From contig CAJXRL010000001.1 in NCBI GenBank assembly GCA_913059105.1, positions 1 to 47,525 on the forward strand: a stretch of 47,525 bases of DNA, read 5' to 3'. The DNA is from an uncultured Flavobacteriales bacterium. GTDB lineage: Bacteria; Bacteroidota; Bacteroidia; Flavobacteriales_E; Vicingaceae. A model generated the notes under the pieces. It was not told the origin of the DNA, did not search any database, and saw only the letters and a program-made list of their open reading frames with translations. Made by a program: the position numbers and the translations under genes. Each line of letters opens with the position of its first letter. The stretch's first letter is position 1. Of the stretch, positions 1 to 9,891 are shown one piece after another.

Positions 1-47
1 GAGATTTCTGCCTGTCTCGTGGGCTCGGAGATGTGTATAAGAGACAG
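1..47. other. Illumina Nextera adapter (i7 side) including the Tn5 mosaic end; sequencing artefact, not genomic
   Basis: Reads GAGAT + TTCTGCCT (reverse complement of index AGGCAGAA, which I recall as N703) + GTCTCGTGGGCTCGG + AGATGTGTATAAGAGACAG. The exact reverse complement occurs at 47479-47525. Confidence 0.95.
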
Positions 48-207
48 CAGCATGTGCTTCGCCATATTTTCTGTGATAACCTTCTCCAATAATTTCACTT
101 TCGTGAACTATTACTGCCCCAACCATCGGATTTGGAGCAGCAGAAAATTTTCCTAAAGCTGCAAGCTGAAGCGCTCTTTGCATGTATATTTCATCAGGTT
201 GGGTCAC
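48..207 (-). CDS. ribD: Riboflavin biosynthesis protein RibD, N-terminal deaminase fragment; 3' end cut by the contig/adapter boundary
   Basis: My minus-strand translation gives V(GTG)TQPDEIYMQRALQLAALGKFSAAPNPMVGAVIVHESEIIGEGYHRKYGEAHA. This matches the RibD N-terminus pattern (DE.YM.RAL.LA...PNP.VGAVIV....IIGEGYH...G..HAE). The ORF is not in the supplied track because it is truncated. Confidence 0.7.
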
Positions 208-265
208 AGCTTCAAAAGTAGATAAAATACTAACTTCGACAACTCATATATAGTTCGGTAAGCCA

Positions 266-1108
266 ATGACGTTATTAGACTTTTCAGCACATTTTAGAAA
301 AGAATTTAAAGATCAATTCAATGAAAATGAACTGAATAATCACCTTTCAATATTATATGACTTCTATTTGAATTACAGCCGAACTCAAGTCGTTTTAAAT
401 GCCAAAGAAATAATTGAGACCGAAGTGCTAAAGAAATTGAATCGTGCGCTAGTGGAATTAAAAAAACACAAACCAATTGATTATATCATCAATCAAAATG
501 TTTTTTATGGTAGGGAGTTTTATGTCGACGAAAGTGTCCTAGTGCCTAGGTCCGAAACAGAAGAGTTAGTTCAATGGATTTTGGAGCGTGAAGAAACAAA
601 AGGGAAAACCATTTTAGACATTGGGACTGGAAGTGGCTGCATTCCTATTACACTCGATTTAGAAGGGTCTTTTGAAAAAGTAGTTGCTACTGAAGTTTGT
701 GAAAACGCAACTAAAACAGCCATTAAAAATGCTCAATTGTTGAATGCAAATGTTGATTTTGAAGTGCATGATATTTTGACTCAAGTTCCAAAAGAGCTAT
801 ACGATATAGTAGTAAGTAACCCGCCTTACGTTAAACGAGAAGAGCTAGAAGCATTGGATAAAAATGTAATAGAATACGAGCCAGTTATTGCTTTGGCTCC
901 GGAGAGTGACGATGCTTTGTTGTTTTATAAGCGTATGATAGCAATTGCGCCAAAAATGATAAAACCAAAAGGTATCCTTTATTGGGAAATTCACGAAGAT
1001 TTAGGAAAGGAGTGTATTTTATTACTTGAAGACGGGGGTTTTGAGCAAGTTGAGTTGAAAGAAGATATTTATGGACGAGATAGGATGGTTCGAGCAGTAT
1101 TGTCTTAA
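266..1108 (+). CDS. prmC: Peptide chain release factor N5-glutamine methyltransferase (PrmC/HemK)
   Basis: SAM-binding ILDIGTGSGCI and the catalytic NPPY motif (VVSNPPYV). The 280-aa length is typical. Confidence 0.9.
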   Translation: MTLLDFSAHFRKEFKDQFNENELNNHLSILYDFYLNYSRTQVVLNAKEIIETEVLKKLNRALVELKKHKPIDYIINQNVFYGREFYVDESVLVPRSETEELVQWILEREETKGKTILDIGTGSGCIPITLDLEGSFEKVVATEVCENATKTAIKNAQLLNANVDFEVHDILTQVPKELYDIVVSNPPYVKREELEALDKNVIEYEPVIALAPESDDALLFYKRMIAIAPKMIKPKGILYWEIHEDLGKECILLLEDGGFEQVELKEDIYGRDRMVRAVLS

Positions 1109-2841
1109 CGGCATGTTTTGGAATAGGCATCTTTTGCATTTATTTCTCCCAGTTTAGCCGCTTTTAAAAAGGCAGCGCACGCAGCAGCTTTATTATCTTC
1201 TTGTTGCTCTAAAATCCCTTCTAGGAAGTATGCTCTTCCATAACTTGAATTTAGCTCTTGAGCAATCTTTACATCTTTCCTAGCTAACTCAATTTTCCTC
1301 AATTTTAAATAGGAGAAGGCCCTATTTGTGTATGAATCCGCTCTTGGTTGTAATTTAATACTTGCTGAATAATCTAAAATTGCTTCATTCAATTGATTCA
1401 ATTTGGAATATTCATTTGCTCTGTTAAAATAAGCATCAGCGTGCGGTTTTAACTGAATGGCTTTATTAAAGTCTTTCATTGCTGCTTCTGAATTTCCAGC
1501 TTGTGCAAAAAGATTACCTCTGTTAGAGTAAGCGTCAGCATAGTTGGGTTGAATCTCAATAGCGTGATGGAAATAGTCAAATGCCTTATTGTTCTCATTC
1601 TGTTTTAAAGCATAAGAGCCAAGGTTATTGTATGCTTGTGAAACAGTAGGGTGAGTTTCTAAAACCGATTGCCAAAGGGTTTCATCATTTTCCCATATGT
1701 GGACTCTTTGAAAAGAAAGCATGCTTAGCAAAAACAAAGGGATAATAAACAATAAAATGAACTTTGGATTCTTCAGCTTTTGTAGGAAAAACCCAATAAT
1801 AACAAGTAGCCCAAATAAGGGCAAATAAATGTATCTGTCAGTAGTGATTTGGTTGCCAAAAGGCACAAATTGTAGAACTAGTGCAATTGTAATAACAAAC
1901 CAAGCTACACCAAATACTATTAACCTCTTTTTTCTCAAAAATAAAAAGAATGTCGTTAACAATCCAATGATTACAATAGGACTTATATAGTATAGAATAG
2001 GAAGTGAGCCATTGGTTAAAATGGGATAAGGATAAAAAGCAGAAAGCCGAAAAGGGATTAATAATTTAATAGGGTAAAATAAGAAGGAGTGACTTACTAG
2101 AAATACTCTATCAAACGCACTAAAAGTTTCGTTTAAGTCTGACAAATGGCCAGCCGTCTCTCTTCCTAAAATGGTTATTAATCCAAATAGAATAGAGATA
2201 GCTAAAAATGGAATTTTTTGAAGCACAAATTTGATGTCAAATTTATTAGACAAGTAATAGTCATAAGCCAAGAGAATTATTGGGAATACGACTGCTGCCG
2301 ATTTTGAAAGGCATGATAAAAGAAATAGACTAAAGCACAAGGCTAAATACTTCGTATTATTTTCTTTTTTATACTTGATATAAGTCCAAAAGGCAGTAAG
2401 AAAGAAAAAGCTGAACAATAGGTTGCTAAAAGCTGAAACCCAAGCTACGCTTTCGACTTGCATAGGATGAACCAAGAAGAGCAGTGTCAAAATTAAACTC
2501 AATTTTTTCGTTGTGAAAAAATGCTGTAGGATTTTAAAAACGATAAGGCAGTTGGTTACATGGACCAACAAGGACAACAGGTGAAAAGCTTCTGGGTTTA
2601 AGCCAAATGTCGATAATGTGACTGCGTAAATGAGTGTGGTTACGGGTTGATACATTCCAACAAAAAAGTTGGAAAACATTCCTTTTAGAGATTGGAAATC
2701 AAGAGATTTTATAAACGGATTCTCTACCACCTGAACGTGGTCGTCGAGAAAAGTAAATGAATTATTTATGCCAGGAAGATAAATGACGCAGGCTATTACC
2801 GCAATTGCCAACCAGTAAAAAACACTTTTATCCCATTTCAT
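1105..2841 (-). CDS. Polytopic membrane protein with C-terminal TPR repeats (TMTC/ArnT-PMT-like glycosyltransferase fold, DUF1736-type)
   Basis: The N-terminal ~390 aa has many TM helices and an early FLDDHVQVVENPFI motif resembling the DD motif of TMTC/PMT-type enzymes. The C-terminal ~180 aa has repeated TPR signatures (AYNNLG, AYSNRG, AYFNRA, SYTNRA). Confidence 0.6.
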   Translation of the reverse strand: MKWDKSVFYWLAIAVIACVIYLPGINNSFTFLDDHVQVVENPFIKSLDFQSLKGMFSNFFVGMYQPVTTLIYAVTLSTFGLNPEAFHLLSLLVHVTNCLIVFKILQHFFTTKKLSLILTLLFLVHPMQVESVAWVSAFSNLLFSFFFLTAFWTYIKYKKENNTKYLALCFSLFLLSCLSKSAAVVFPIILLAYDYYLSNKFDIKFVLQKIPFLAISILFGLITILGRETAGHLSDLNETFSAFDRVFLVSHSFLFYPIKLLIPFRLSAFYPYPILTNGSLPILYYISPIVIIGLLTTFFLFLRKKRLIVFGVAWFVITIALVLQFVPFGNQITTDRYIYLPLFGLLVIIGFFLQKLKNPKFILLFIIPLFLLSMLSFQRVHIWENDETLWQSVLETHPTVSQAYNNLGSYALKQNENNKAFDYFHHAIEIQPNYADAYSNRGNLFAQAGNSEAAMKDFNKAIQLKPHADAYFNRANEYSKLNQLNEAILDYSASIKLQPRADSYTNRAFSYLKLRKIELARKDVKIAQELNSSYGRAYFLEGILEQQEDNKAAACAAFLKAAKLGEINAKDAYSKTCR

Positions 2842-2850
2842 ACTTTAATA

Positions 2851-4914
2851 TTACGAGATAGGCCTCCATTTGATGTCGTACTTTATACCGTTCTCATTCA
2901 CACATTCCATATCGGCTTCTAGTTGTTTTACCAAAGTTTCAATTAACAAAAAACCGAAAGACTCTTGATTCTTGATATCGGTCTCATCCTTAAATCCAAC
3001 TCCGTTATCAGAAATTTGCAAACGAATAAACCCTTCTTTTTTAGATAATTTTATATCAATTTGGCCGTTTTCGCCTTTCGTAAAGGCATGTTTTAAGGCA
3101 TTTGATACAATTTCGTTAATCAGTAATCCACATGGTATAGATTCATCCAAGTCAAGATGAATTTCTTCTAAGACCATCTTTGTTTTAATTTTTACTTGAT
3201 CAATTTTATACGTTTGAATTAATTGAGGAAGAAGTGTTTTAATATATTCACTAAATGGGGCTTCAATGCCATCAGTTTTCTTGTATAAGCTTTCATGAAT
3301 CAGTGACATCGATGTAATTCTGCTTTTACAATCATCAATTACTTTTTGAACTCTATCATCCGATATGTATTGAGTTTGAAGGCTCAACATGCTAGAAATT
3401 ACTTGTAGATTGTTTTTTACTCTGTGGTGTATTTCGTTCAATAACGAGTCTTTAATTTCTAATTGAGATTTTATTTCATTCTGTTTCTCAGTCAGTTGTT
3501 TTGATAAAATTTTATTTTTGTACAAGATGATAATTGCTAAAACCAACAACAATATTGAACAGGTAGCAATAATAATTGCAATCATCAATTGTGTTTGCTT
3601 TTTGGCGTTCAGTTCTTCTTGAATTTGAGCCTTTTCTTTTGCTAAAAGTAATTCGAAATGTGCTTCTTCTACTTGGATTTGGTGTTTAACAGCATACTCT
3701 TTCAGTACTTTAGGGTCTAAATCCAAGCTATCCCTCAAACTGATGTGAATTTTCAAATAACGATAACTACTATCAATCTGTTTTAATGCATCATAAATAA
3801 TTACTAATTGCTCCGAAGCATCTTTAATACTTTCATATTGTTGAACTGAATCAGAAATTGCGAATGATTTTTTCGCAGCGATTAATGCTCCTTGAAAATT
3901 ATTTTCCTCGATTAAAATTTTTGATTGCATTAAATACCCTTGCGCAAGTCCTACGGGATATTTTGTTAAGTGATTAGATTCTAAGGACAATAGGTTGTAG
4001 TATTTTGCACTGTCATAACTTTCTAAGCCCCAATAGCCATCACTTAAAAATAGATAGGCGTTTCCTTTTTCAAGTTCTTTATTATTAGAATTAAAGAATT
4101 GGATAGCTTTTAGTTGCAAGGAAATGCTTTTTCGATAGTTCTTTAGCATTAAGTTAACCAGACCAATGTTGGATAAAGCTCTATATTTTCCCTCATCATT
4201 TTTGTTTATTTTAAATGCAGACAACGAAAGTTCGTAATACCGCAGTGCCTGATTAAAATCATCTAAAAAATATAAAATATTACCCAGTTGAAGGTAAGCT
4301 ACTGCAAGTTTCTCTTTATTGCCTGTTTTCTTAAATATTTCGATTGCCTCATACGCATATTCTATAGCTACTTCATAATCCCCTGTGGCGTAACTGATCC
4401 CCGATTTTTTAATAGTGAGGTTTCCAATTTCCTTTGTAATCTTTAATTTAGAATATAGAGTAATTGCATTGTCGAGATGGAGATTGCTGCTATCGTATTG
4501 AAAACTATAAAAGTAATGAGGAGCCAAAAGTTGATGAAATATGGCCTTGCTCTCGAATTCATTTTGCTCTCTTGCGTTATGAATTGCACTCAATAAAAAC
4601 GGTTTTGCAATGTTGTATTGAAAGCTATTTTTTAAGAATTCTGAATGAGCTCTGTAAATAATTCTTTTTTGAGACTCTTCTAAATTAGTTAAGTTAAGTT
4701 CATTGAACTGCATAAATGCTTCGGCATATTTAGCAGAATCATCTTGAAGAAAATAAAACTCAATGGCTTTTTGCCATCCTTCGGCATTCTCATTTAGCTT
4801 ATTTGATTCGGTTAACCTTAATAAGCTGTCTGGTAATACTTCCTGACTTGAGGATAAAAATGGGAAGAAAATAAAAGTCAGAAAACTTAAAAGTGAAACT
4901 TTTAGAATTCTCAT
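2851..4914 (-). CDS. Sensor histidine kinase with N-terminal signal peptide, extracytoplasmic TPR domain, one TM helix and a HisKA_2/HATPase core
   Basis: H-box EIHHRVKNNLQVISSMLSLQ (HisKA_2 type), N-box NEIVSNALKHAF, G-box ISDNGVGF. TM segment LMIAIIIATCSILLLVLAIIILY. TPR-like repeats fill the first ~400 aa. Confidence 0.8.
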   Translation of the reverse strand: MRILKVSLLSFLTFIFFPFLSSSQEVLPDSLLRLTESNKLNENAEGWQKAIEFYFLQDDSAKYAEAFMQFNELNLTNLEESQKRIIYRAHSEFLKNSFQYNIAKPFLLSAIHNAREQNEFESKAIFHQLLAPHYFYSFQYDSSNLHLDNAITLYSKLKITKEIGNLTIKKSGISYATGDYEVAIEYAYEAIEIFKKTGNKEKLAVAYLQLGNILYFLDDFNQALRYYELSLSAFKINKNDEGKYRALSNIGLVNLMLKNYRKSISLQLKAIQFFNSNNKELEKGNAYLFLSDGYWGLESYDSAKYYNLLSLESNHLTKYPVGLAQGYLMQSKILIEENNFQGALIAAKKSFAISDSVQQYESIKDASEQLVIIYDALKQIDSSYRYLKIHISLRDSLDLDPKVLKEYAVKHQIQVEEAHFELLLAKEKAQIQEELNAKKQTQLMIAIIIATCSILLLVLAIIILYKNKILSKQLTEKQNEIKSQLEIKDSLLNEIHHRVKNNLQVISSMLSLQTQYISDDRVQKVIDDCKSRITSMSLIHESLYKKTDGIEAPFSEYIKTLLPQLIQTYKIDQVKIKTKMVLEEIHLDLDESIPCGLLINEIVSNALKHAFTKGENGQIDIKLSKKEGFIRLQISDNGVGFKDETDIKNQESFGFLLIETLVKQLEADMECVNENGIKYDIKWRPIS

Positions 4915-4924
4915 TCAGTTAATT

Positions 4925-5923
4925 TTATTTGTAGAAATTTAATAATTTGTTAACCATATTTTCTGATCCCATGATGGTTGGTACTCTTTGGTGTAATTCT
5001 GTAGGATCAACTTCCATTATCCGTTGGCTACCTGTAGTAGCAATCCCACCGGCTTGCTCCATTATAAAAGACATGGGGTTACATTCGTACTGTAAACGCA
5101 ATTTGCCAGTAGGAGCTTTGCTGGTTTCAGGGTAAATAAAGATTCCACCTTTAATCATGTTTCTATGAAAATCAGCAACCATTGAGCCAATGTATCTTGC
5201 CGAATATGGTCTATTTGTGTTGTTGTCCACCTCTTTACAATAGCTGATGTAATTATTAATTGCATTAGAACAATACGCTAAATTACCTTCATTCATAGAG
5301 TAAATCTTTCCATCTTTTGGAATTTTCAAATTTGGATGAGACAAACAATACTCACCAATTGACGGATCTAAAGTAAATCCATTTACTCCTTTTCCAGTGG
5401 TGTAAACCAACATTGTAGATGAACCATAAATAACATACCCAGCAGCTACTTGATGTTTTCCTTTTTGCAGGTAATCAGCTTCAGTAGCTAAAGTACCAAC
5501 TTCAGACACTCTTCTGTAGATGCTAAAAATTGTACCAATCGAAACGTTGACATCAATATTGGAAGAACCGTCCAACGGGTCAAACGCTACAATGTATTTG
5601 CCGTTTTTTGAACGGACACTATCAAATGACAGATACTCATCGACTTCTTCAGAAGCAATTCCACAAGCTTCTCCACCATTTTTTAAAGCAGCTATGAATT
5701 GTTCATCGGCAAAAACGTCTAATTTTTGTTGGGTTTCTCCTTGGATATTTTCTTGCGTTGTTGCACCCAAAATATCAGCTAACCCAGCTTTGTTAACTTC
5801 CCTATTTACAATTTTGGAAGCTATAACAATGTCGTTCAACAATCTGGTTAGTTCTCCCGTTGCAAACGGGAAATCATCCTGTTTCTCGATAATAAATTCG
5901 CTGAGTGTTTTAACTCCTGACAT
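4925..5923 (-). CDS. fbp: Fructose-1,6-bisphosphatase class 1
   Basis: Class I FBPase signature [25 protein letters not shown], plus [14 protein letters not shown] and GGIFIYP. Length is 332 aa. Confidence 0.95.
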   Translation of the reverse strand: MSGVKTLSEFIIEKQDDFPFATGELTRLLNDIVIASKIVNREVNKAGLADILGATTQENIQGETQQKLDVFADEQFIAALKNGGEACGIASEEVDEYLSFDSVRSKNGKYIVAFDPLDGSSNIDVNVSIGTIFSIYRRVSEVGTLATEADYLQKGKHQVAAGYVIYGSSTMLVYTTGKGVNGFTLDPSIGEYCLSHPNLKIPKDGKIYSMNEGNLAYCSNAINNYISYCKEVDNNTNRPYSARYIGSMVADFHRNMIKGGIFIYPETSKAPTGKLRLQYECNPMSFIMEQAGGIATTGSQRIMEVDPTELHQRVPTIMGSENMVNKLLNFYK

Positions 5924-6040
5924 AGTACATTTGATTTAATTGGCTTGAAGACAACAAATATCGTAAAATTCAAAGGTTTACTAAAGACAAAATAGTGCTA
6001 TTTATTTCACGCTTGTATCACTAAATTTGCAATAAAAATC

Positions 6041-6514
6041 ATGGATTTTGTCATTCGAAAAGGTTGCAAAGCAGATTGTCTAAGTACATTAGAGCTAATT
6101 CAAGAATTAGCGGAATACGAAAAAGCCCCAGAAGAGATGGTTATTAGTCTAAAAGACTTGGAAGAAGATGGGTTTGGTGAGAACAGTATTTATGAGTTGT
6201 TTGTTGCGGAGCAAAATGATAAAATCATTGGAATAGCTGTGTTTTATGAAAAGTACTCTACTTGGAAAGGTAGATGCATTTATTTAGAGGATTTAATTGT
6301 AACCGAATCAAAAAGAGGGATAGGAGCCGGGAAGGCTTTGTTTGAAGCAGTTGTTGGTTTTGCAAAAGAGAAAAACAGCGGACGAATGGAATGGCAAGTA
6401 TTAGATTGGAATACCCCAGCAATTGATTTTTATAAATCATACAATGCTGAATTAGATGGAACTTGGTATAATGGGAGATTTACTAAAGAGCAACTCCAAA
6501 ACATCAATTTATAG
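6041..6514 (+). CDS. GNAT family N-acetyltransferase (diamine/spermidine acetyltransferase-like)
   Basis: Acetyl-CoA binding motif RGIGAGKALFEAV in a 157-aa GNAT-sized protein. Confidence 0.8.
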   Translation: MDFVIRKGCKADCLSTLELIQELAEYEKAPEEMVISLKDLEEDGFGENSIYELFVAEQNDKIIGIAVFYEKYSTWKGRCIYLEDLIVTESKRGIGAGKALFEAVVGFAKEKNSGRMEWQVLDWNTPAIDFYKSYNAELDGTWYNGRFTKEQLQNINL

Positions 6515-6517
6515 AAT

Positions 6518-7783
6518 ATGAAGGTATTTAAATTTGGAGGAGCCTCTGTAAAAGATGCAGAAGGAGTAAAAAATGCGGCTAAAATAATTGAAAGTCAATT
6601 AGATGATAAGCTTGTAGTGGTGGTTTCTGCTATGGGGAAAACAACAAATGCTTTAGAAGGTTTATTGAGATTGCATTTAGGCAGAAATGTAGAAGTCTTT
6701 CAGCAGTTAGAAGCAATAAAATCATTCCATTTTGGTATTTGTAATGACCTGTTTGAAAATAAGAAAAATCCTATTTTTCAAGAGTTACATAACACGTTTG
6801 TGGAAGCTGAGTGGCAGATAGAAGATGAGCCAATAGGGACTCGAGGTTTTGAGTATGATCAGCTTATTGGCCTTGGGGAGTTGCTGTCTACCAAGATTCT
6901 ATCGGCATATTTAGACATGAAAGAAGTTGAAAATATATGGGTAGATGCTAGAGATGTAGTTAGAACAGATAATACTTATCAAGCAGCTAAGGTTGATTGG
7001 GATGAAACAGGAAGGTTGATTCAGGATAAGTTTAGCAATTTAAGTGAGAGAATTGCTGTAACACAGGGATTCATAGGATCCAGTTCTGAAAATTTTACCA
7101 CAACATTGGGCAGAGAAGGGTCTGATTTTTCAGCTGCGATATTTGCTAGTTCCTTGAACGCAAAGGAGGTTGTTATTTGGAAAGATGTTGAAGGGATGCT
7201 GAATGCGGATCCAAAGCATTATGAATCAACGGTTAAGTTAGAGAATATTTCATACAAAGAAGCAGTAGAATTAGCGTATTATGGGGCATCTGTCATTCAT
7301 CCTAAAACGGTAAAACCATTAGAGAATAGGCAGATACCACTGTTTGTTAAATCATTTAAAGATCCAGCAGCAAGTGGAAGTTTAATTAATAAAAATTCTT
7401 CTAGGGATGGTGATGTTCCTTCGTACATTCATAAAGAGAATCAAATTTTGGTTTCGTTTAGTTCAAGAGATTTTGACTTTATTGACGAGAGAAAATTATC
7501 TGAAATTTTCGAATTGTTTTCAATTATTGGATTGTCAGTCAATATATTGCAAAATTCTGCAATAAGCTTTACCGTAGTATTTGATAATGACCGTTCAAAA
7601 ATTGACGAACTAAGAAAAGCAGTTTCTGAGAAATATAAAGTAACTTATAACGAAAGAGCGACATTAATTACAATTCGTCATTTTACGGATCAAATTATTA
7701 ATGATTTATTAAAGGACAGAACCGTGCTATTGGAGCAAAGAACAAGAAGTACAGCAAGATTTGTATTGGCGTATGATATTTAA
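6518..7783 (+). CDS. lysC: Aspartate kinase
   Basis: N-terminal KFGGASV kinase motif, VVSAMGKTTN and LGREGSDFSAA. The C-terminal region is ACT-like. Length is 421 aa. Confidence 0.9.
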   Translation: MKVFKFGGASVKDAEGVKNAAKIIESQLDDKLVVVVSAMGKTTNALEGLLRLHLGRNVEVFQQLEAIKSFHFGICNDLFENKKNPIFQELHNTFVEAEWQIEDEPIGTRGFEYDQLIGLGELLSTKILSAYLDMKEVENIWVDARDVVRTDNTYQAAKVDWDETGRLIQDKFSNLSERIAVTQGFIGSSSENFTTTLGREGSDFSAAIFASSLNAKEVVIWKDVEGMLNADPKHYESTVKLENISYKEAVELAYYGASVIHPKTVKPLENRQIPLFVKSFKDPAASGSLINKNSSRDGDVPSYIHKENQILVSFSSRDFDFIDERKLSEIFELFSIIGLSVNILQNSAISFTVVFDNDRSKIDELRKAVSEKYKVTYNERATLITIRHFTDQIINDLLKDRTVLLEQRTRSTARFVLAYDI

Positions 7784-7900
7784 AATATTGATAATTATGA
7801 GGTTATAGTCTTGAGTTGTTGTTATATCTTCGATTTGCATAGTATATTACTAGTAGATTCTTCAACCTGAAAAGGATGGATTCCTCTCTTTGTTTTTCAT

Positions 7901-7908
7901 TAAATTTG
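7901..7908 (+). promoter_or_regulatory. Candidate Bacteroidota -7 promoter box (TAAATTTG = TAnnTTTG), 26 nt upstream of the 7934 ATG
   Basis: Exact match to the TAnnTTTG consensus at a suitable distance from the start codon. No convincing -33 TTG at canonical spacing. Confidence 0.3.
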
Positions 7909-7933
7909 ACAACTTTTAAAATAAGAGCCAGCT

Positions 7934-8926
7934 ATGAACGATCAGTCGCATGACATCAACTCAAATGGTATATTCCACTTTCTAAAAAGAAGAAGGAATG
8001 TACTGCTCATTACCTCTGCATTGGCATTCATTTCTTCTATTATATTTTCTCTATTAATTGAAGATAAATATGAATCGTCAGTTATTTTATTTCCAACTAC
8101 AACTACATCTGTTTCAAGAGCCTTGCTAAATGATGAGAATTATAAAGAGAAGGATTTTCTTGAATTTGGAGAGGAAGAAGAGGCGGAACAATTAATTCAG
8201 TTGCTTAATTCTGATGATATAAGGGGGCATATAATTGAGAAGTTCGATTTAATGAATCATTATGACATTAGCCCTGAGGCAGAATATCGTCAAACAGATT
8301 TGTATGAAGAGTATAAAGCAAACATTGATTTTTATCGAACAAAATTTATGTCGATTAAGATTGAAGTACTGGATACTGATAAGGAATACGCAGCAAATAT
8401 TGCTAATGAAATTTCGTTAAAGGTAGAGGAAGTCCGGTCTAAAATTTTAAAGAAAGTAGCACGTCAAGGGTTAGAAATTGTGGAACAAGAGTTTAATAGT
8501 TTGGTCGCAGAAATTAACCGAATGGAGGATACTTTGAACCAAATTAGGGCTAAGGGGGTGCAAGATTATGAAACGCAGGTTGAAGTATTAAGTAACCAAT
8601 ACGGTGCAGCTTTAGTTAAAGGAAATAATGCTGCTGCTGCTGCGTTAGAAAATAAATTGGATACCATCTCAAAATATGGAGGGAAGTATTTGAGTTTGGT
8701 GCAACAAATGGAATATGAGCGTGAAAAATTGAGTGACTTAAGAAAGGTATATGCTGAAGCTCGAGTAAATGCGGAATCAACTATTGATCAAACGTTCATT
8801 GTCAATAAAGCTTACCCTTCAGAAAAGGCAAGTTATCCAATACGGTGGCTTATTGTTGTTGCTTCGACGGTTGCGACATTTTTGTTTACTATGATTGTCT
8901 TAATCTTATTTGACCCAAAAGCATAA
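7934..8926 (+). CDS. Polysaccharide chain-length determinant (Wzz/PCP)-like protein, paralog 1
   Basis: One N-terminal TM (LLITSALAFISSIIFSLLI), a long coiled-coil-like central region and one C-terminal TM, preceded by SYPIRWLI. The topology is typical of PCP proteins. It is clearly paralogous to the next ORF. Confidence 0.55.
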   Translation: MNDQSHDINSNGIFHFLKRRRNVLLITSALAFISSIIFSLLIEDKYESSVILFPTTTTSVSRALLNDENYKEKDFLEFGEEEEAEQLIQLLNSDDIRGHIIEKFDLMNHYDISPEAEYRQTDLYEEYKANIDFYRTKFMSIKIEVLDTDKEYAANIANEISLKVEEVRSKILKKVARQGLEIVEQEFNSLVAEINRMEDTLNQIRAKGVQDYETQVEVLSNQYGAALVKGNNAAAAALENKLDTISKYGGKYLSLVQQMEYEREKLSDLRKVYAEARVNAESTIDQTFIVNKAYPSEKASYPIRWLIVVASTVATFLFTMIVLILFDPKA

Positions 8927-8927
8927 T

Positions 8928-9890
8928 ATGGAAAAATTAGAAACAAAGATCACTATGAAATCCAATATAGAAATAATACAATTTGCAGCTAAAAAATGGA
9001 AGCTTTTGCTCATGATAGGATGTATCGCAGGAGTTTTTGCTTATGTTTTTTCATTACCACAATTTGTTCCGCCAAAATACAAATCTGAGGCTGTTATATA
9101 TCCTGCTAACCTGGGGAAATATGCAGAAGAAAATGGTTTAGAGCAAATGCAGCAATATTTGGAATCAAATGAGTTGAGAGACCACATAATTGTACAATAT
9201 AATCTCTATGATGAGTATGATATAGATCAAGACGATCCGAATAAGCGCACATACATGAAGGCAGCGTATACTGAACATATAACATTTGATGAAACGAAAT
9301 TCGAATCGATTAGGATTAATACGTTGTCGACTGACCCTGAAAAGGCAAGAGATATTGCAGCAGAGATTATAGAAGAGCTAAACAGGATTATTCGAAGAAC
9401 AGAGAGAGAAAAGTATCAAGAAATTGTAGTCATTAATCAAAAAATGATGAATGACAAAAAGGCTCAGTTGGATAGTTTGGAAAATAAAATTAGAGAGATA
9501 AGTACTACGTACGGGATTCTAGATTACATCGCTCAGTCCGAAAGGGTGACAGAAAAATATATGGATTTCTTGCTTTCAGGTAAGAAAGGAAAAGATTTTG
9601 ATGAGGCTAAAACATTGTATGAAAACTTGCAAAAACATGGTCGTCAATATCATGATTACCATGCACAATTGAATGTTATAAATGCTGAGTTTATGTCGAG
9701 GAGAGCTGGCCTTGAGCATGCACTAAAAGATTTAAATAAAGTACAGACTTATTCTAATATCCTGGTAAAACCAGAAGTATCGGATAAGAAATCATATCCA
9801 ATTCGTTGGTTAATTTTTGTAACTGCGATTGCTGCTTCAATGGGTTTTACCTTTGTTTTATTATTGGTTCTAGGTTACCAAAAGAAATAA
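8928..9890 (+). CDS. Polysaccharide chain-length determinant (Wzz/PCP)-like protein, paralog 2
   Basis: Same topology and shared blocks with paralog 1 (..LRDHIIVQYNLYDEYDI.. vs ..IRGHIIEKFDLMNHYDI..; TKFESIRINTLSTD vs TKFMSIKIEVLDTD; C-terminal SYPIRWLI). The track ORF starts at a TTG at 8910. The ATG at 8928, one nt after the upstream stop, is the more plausible start. Confidence 0.55.
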   Translation: MEKLETKITMKSNIEIIQFAAKKWKLLLMIGCIAGVFAYVFSLPQFVPPKYKSEAVIYPANLGKYAEENGLEQMQQYLESNELRDHIIVQYNLYDEYDIDQDDPNKRTYMKAAYTEHITFDETKFESIRINTLSTDPEKARDIAAEIIEELNRIIRRTEREKYQEIVVINQKMMNDKKAQLDSLENKIREISTTYGILDYIAQSERVTEKYMDFLLSGKKGKDFDEAKTLYENLQKHGRQYHDYHAQLNVINAEFMSRRAGLEHALKDLNKVQTYSNILVKPEVSDKKSYPIRWLIFVTAIAASMGFTFVLLLVLGYQKK

Positions 9891-9891
9891 G

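Noticed and set aside
5520-5939. Long antisense ORFs inside well-supported genes. Examples: 5520-5939 (+), 12105-12506 (+), 21751-22197 (-), 25990-26310 (-), 35437-35775 (+), 46171-46548 (+), 885-1139 (-), 9870-10160 (-), and many 60-80 aa ORFs in the track.
   Set aside because: They lie opposite confidently identified genes, have no recognisable motifs, and have low-complexity or odd composition. They are typical shadow ORFs.
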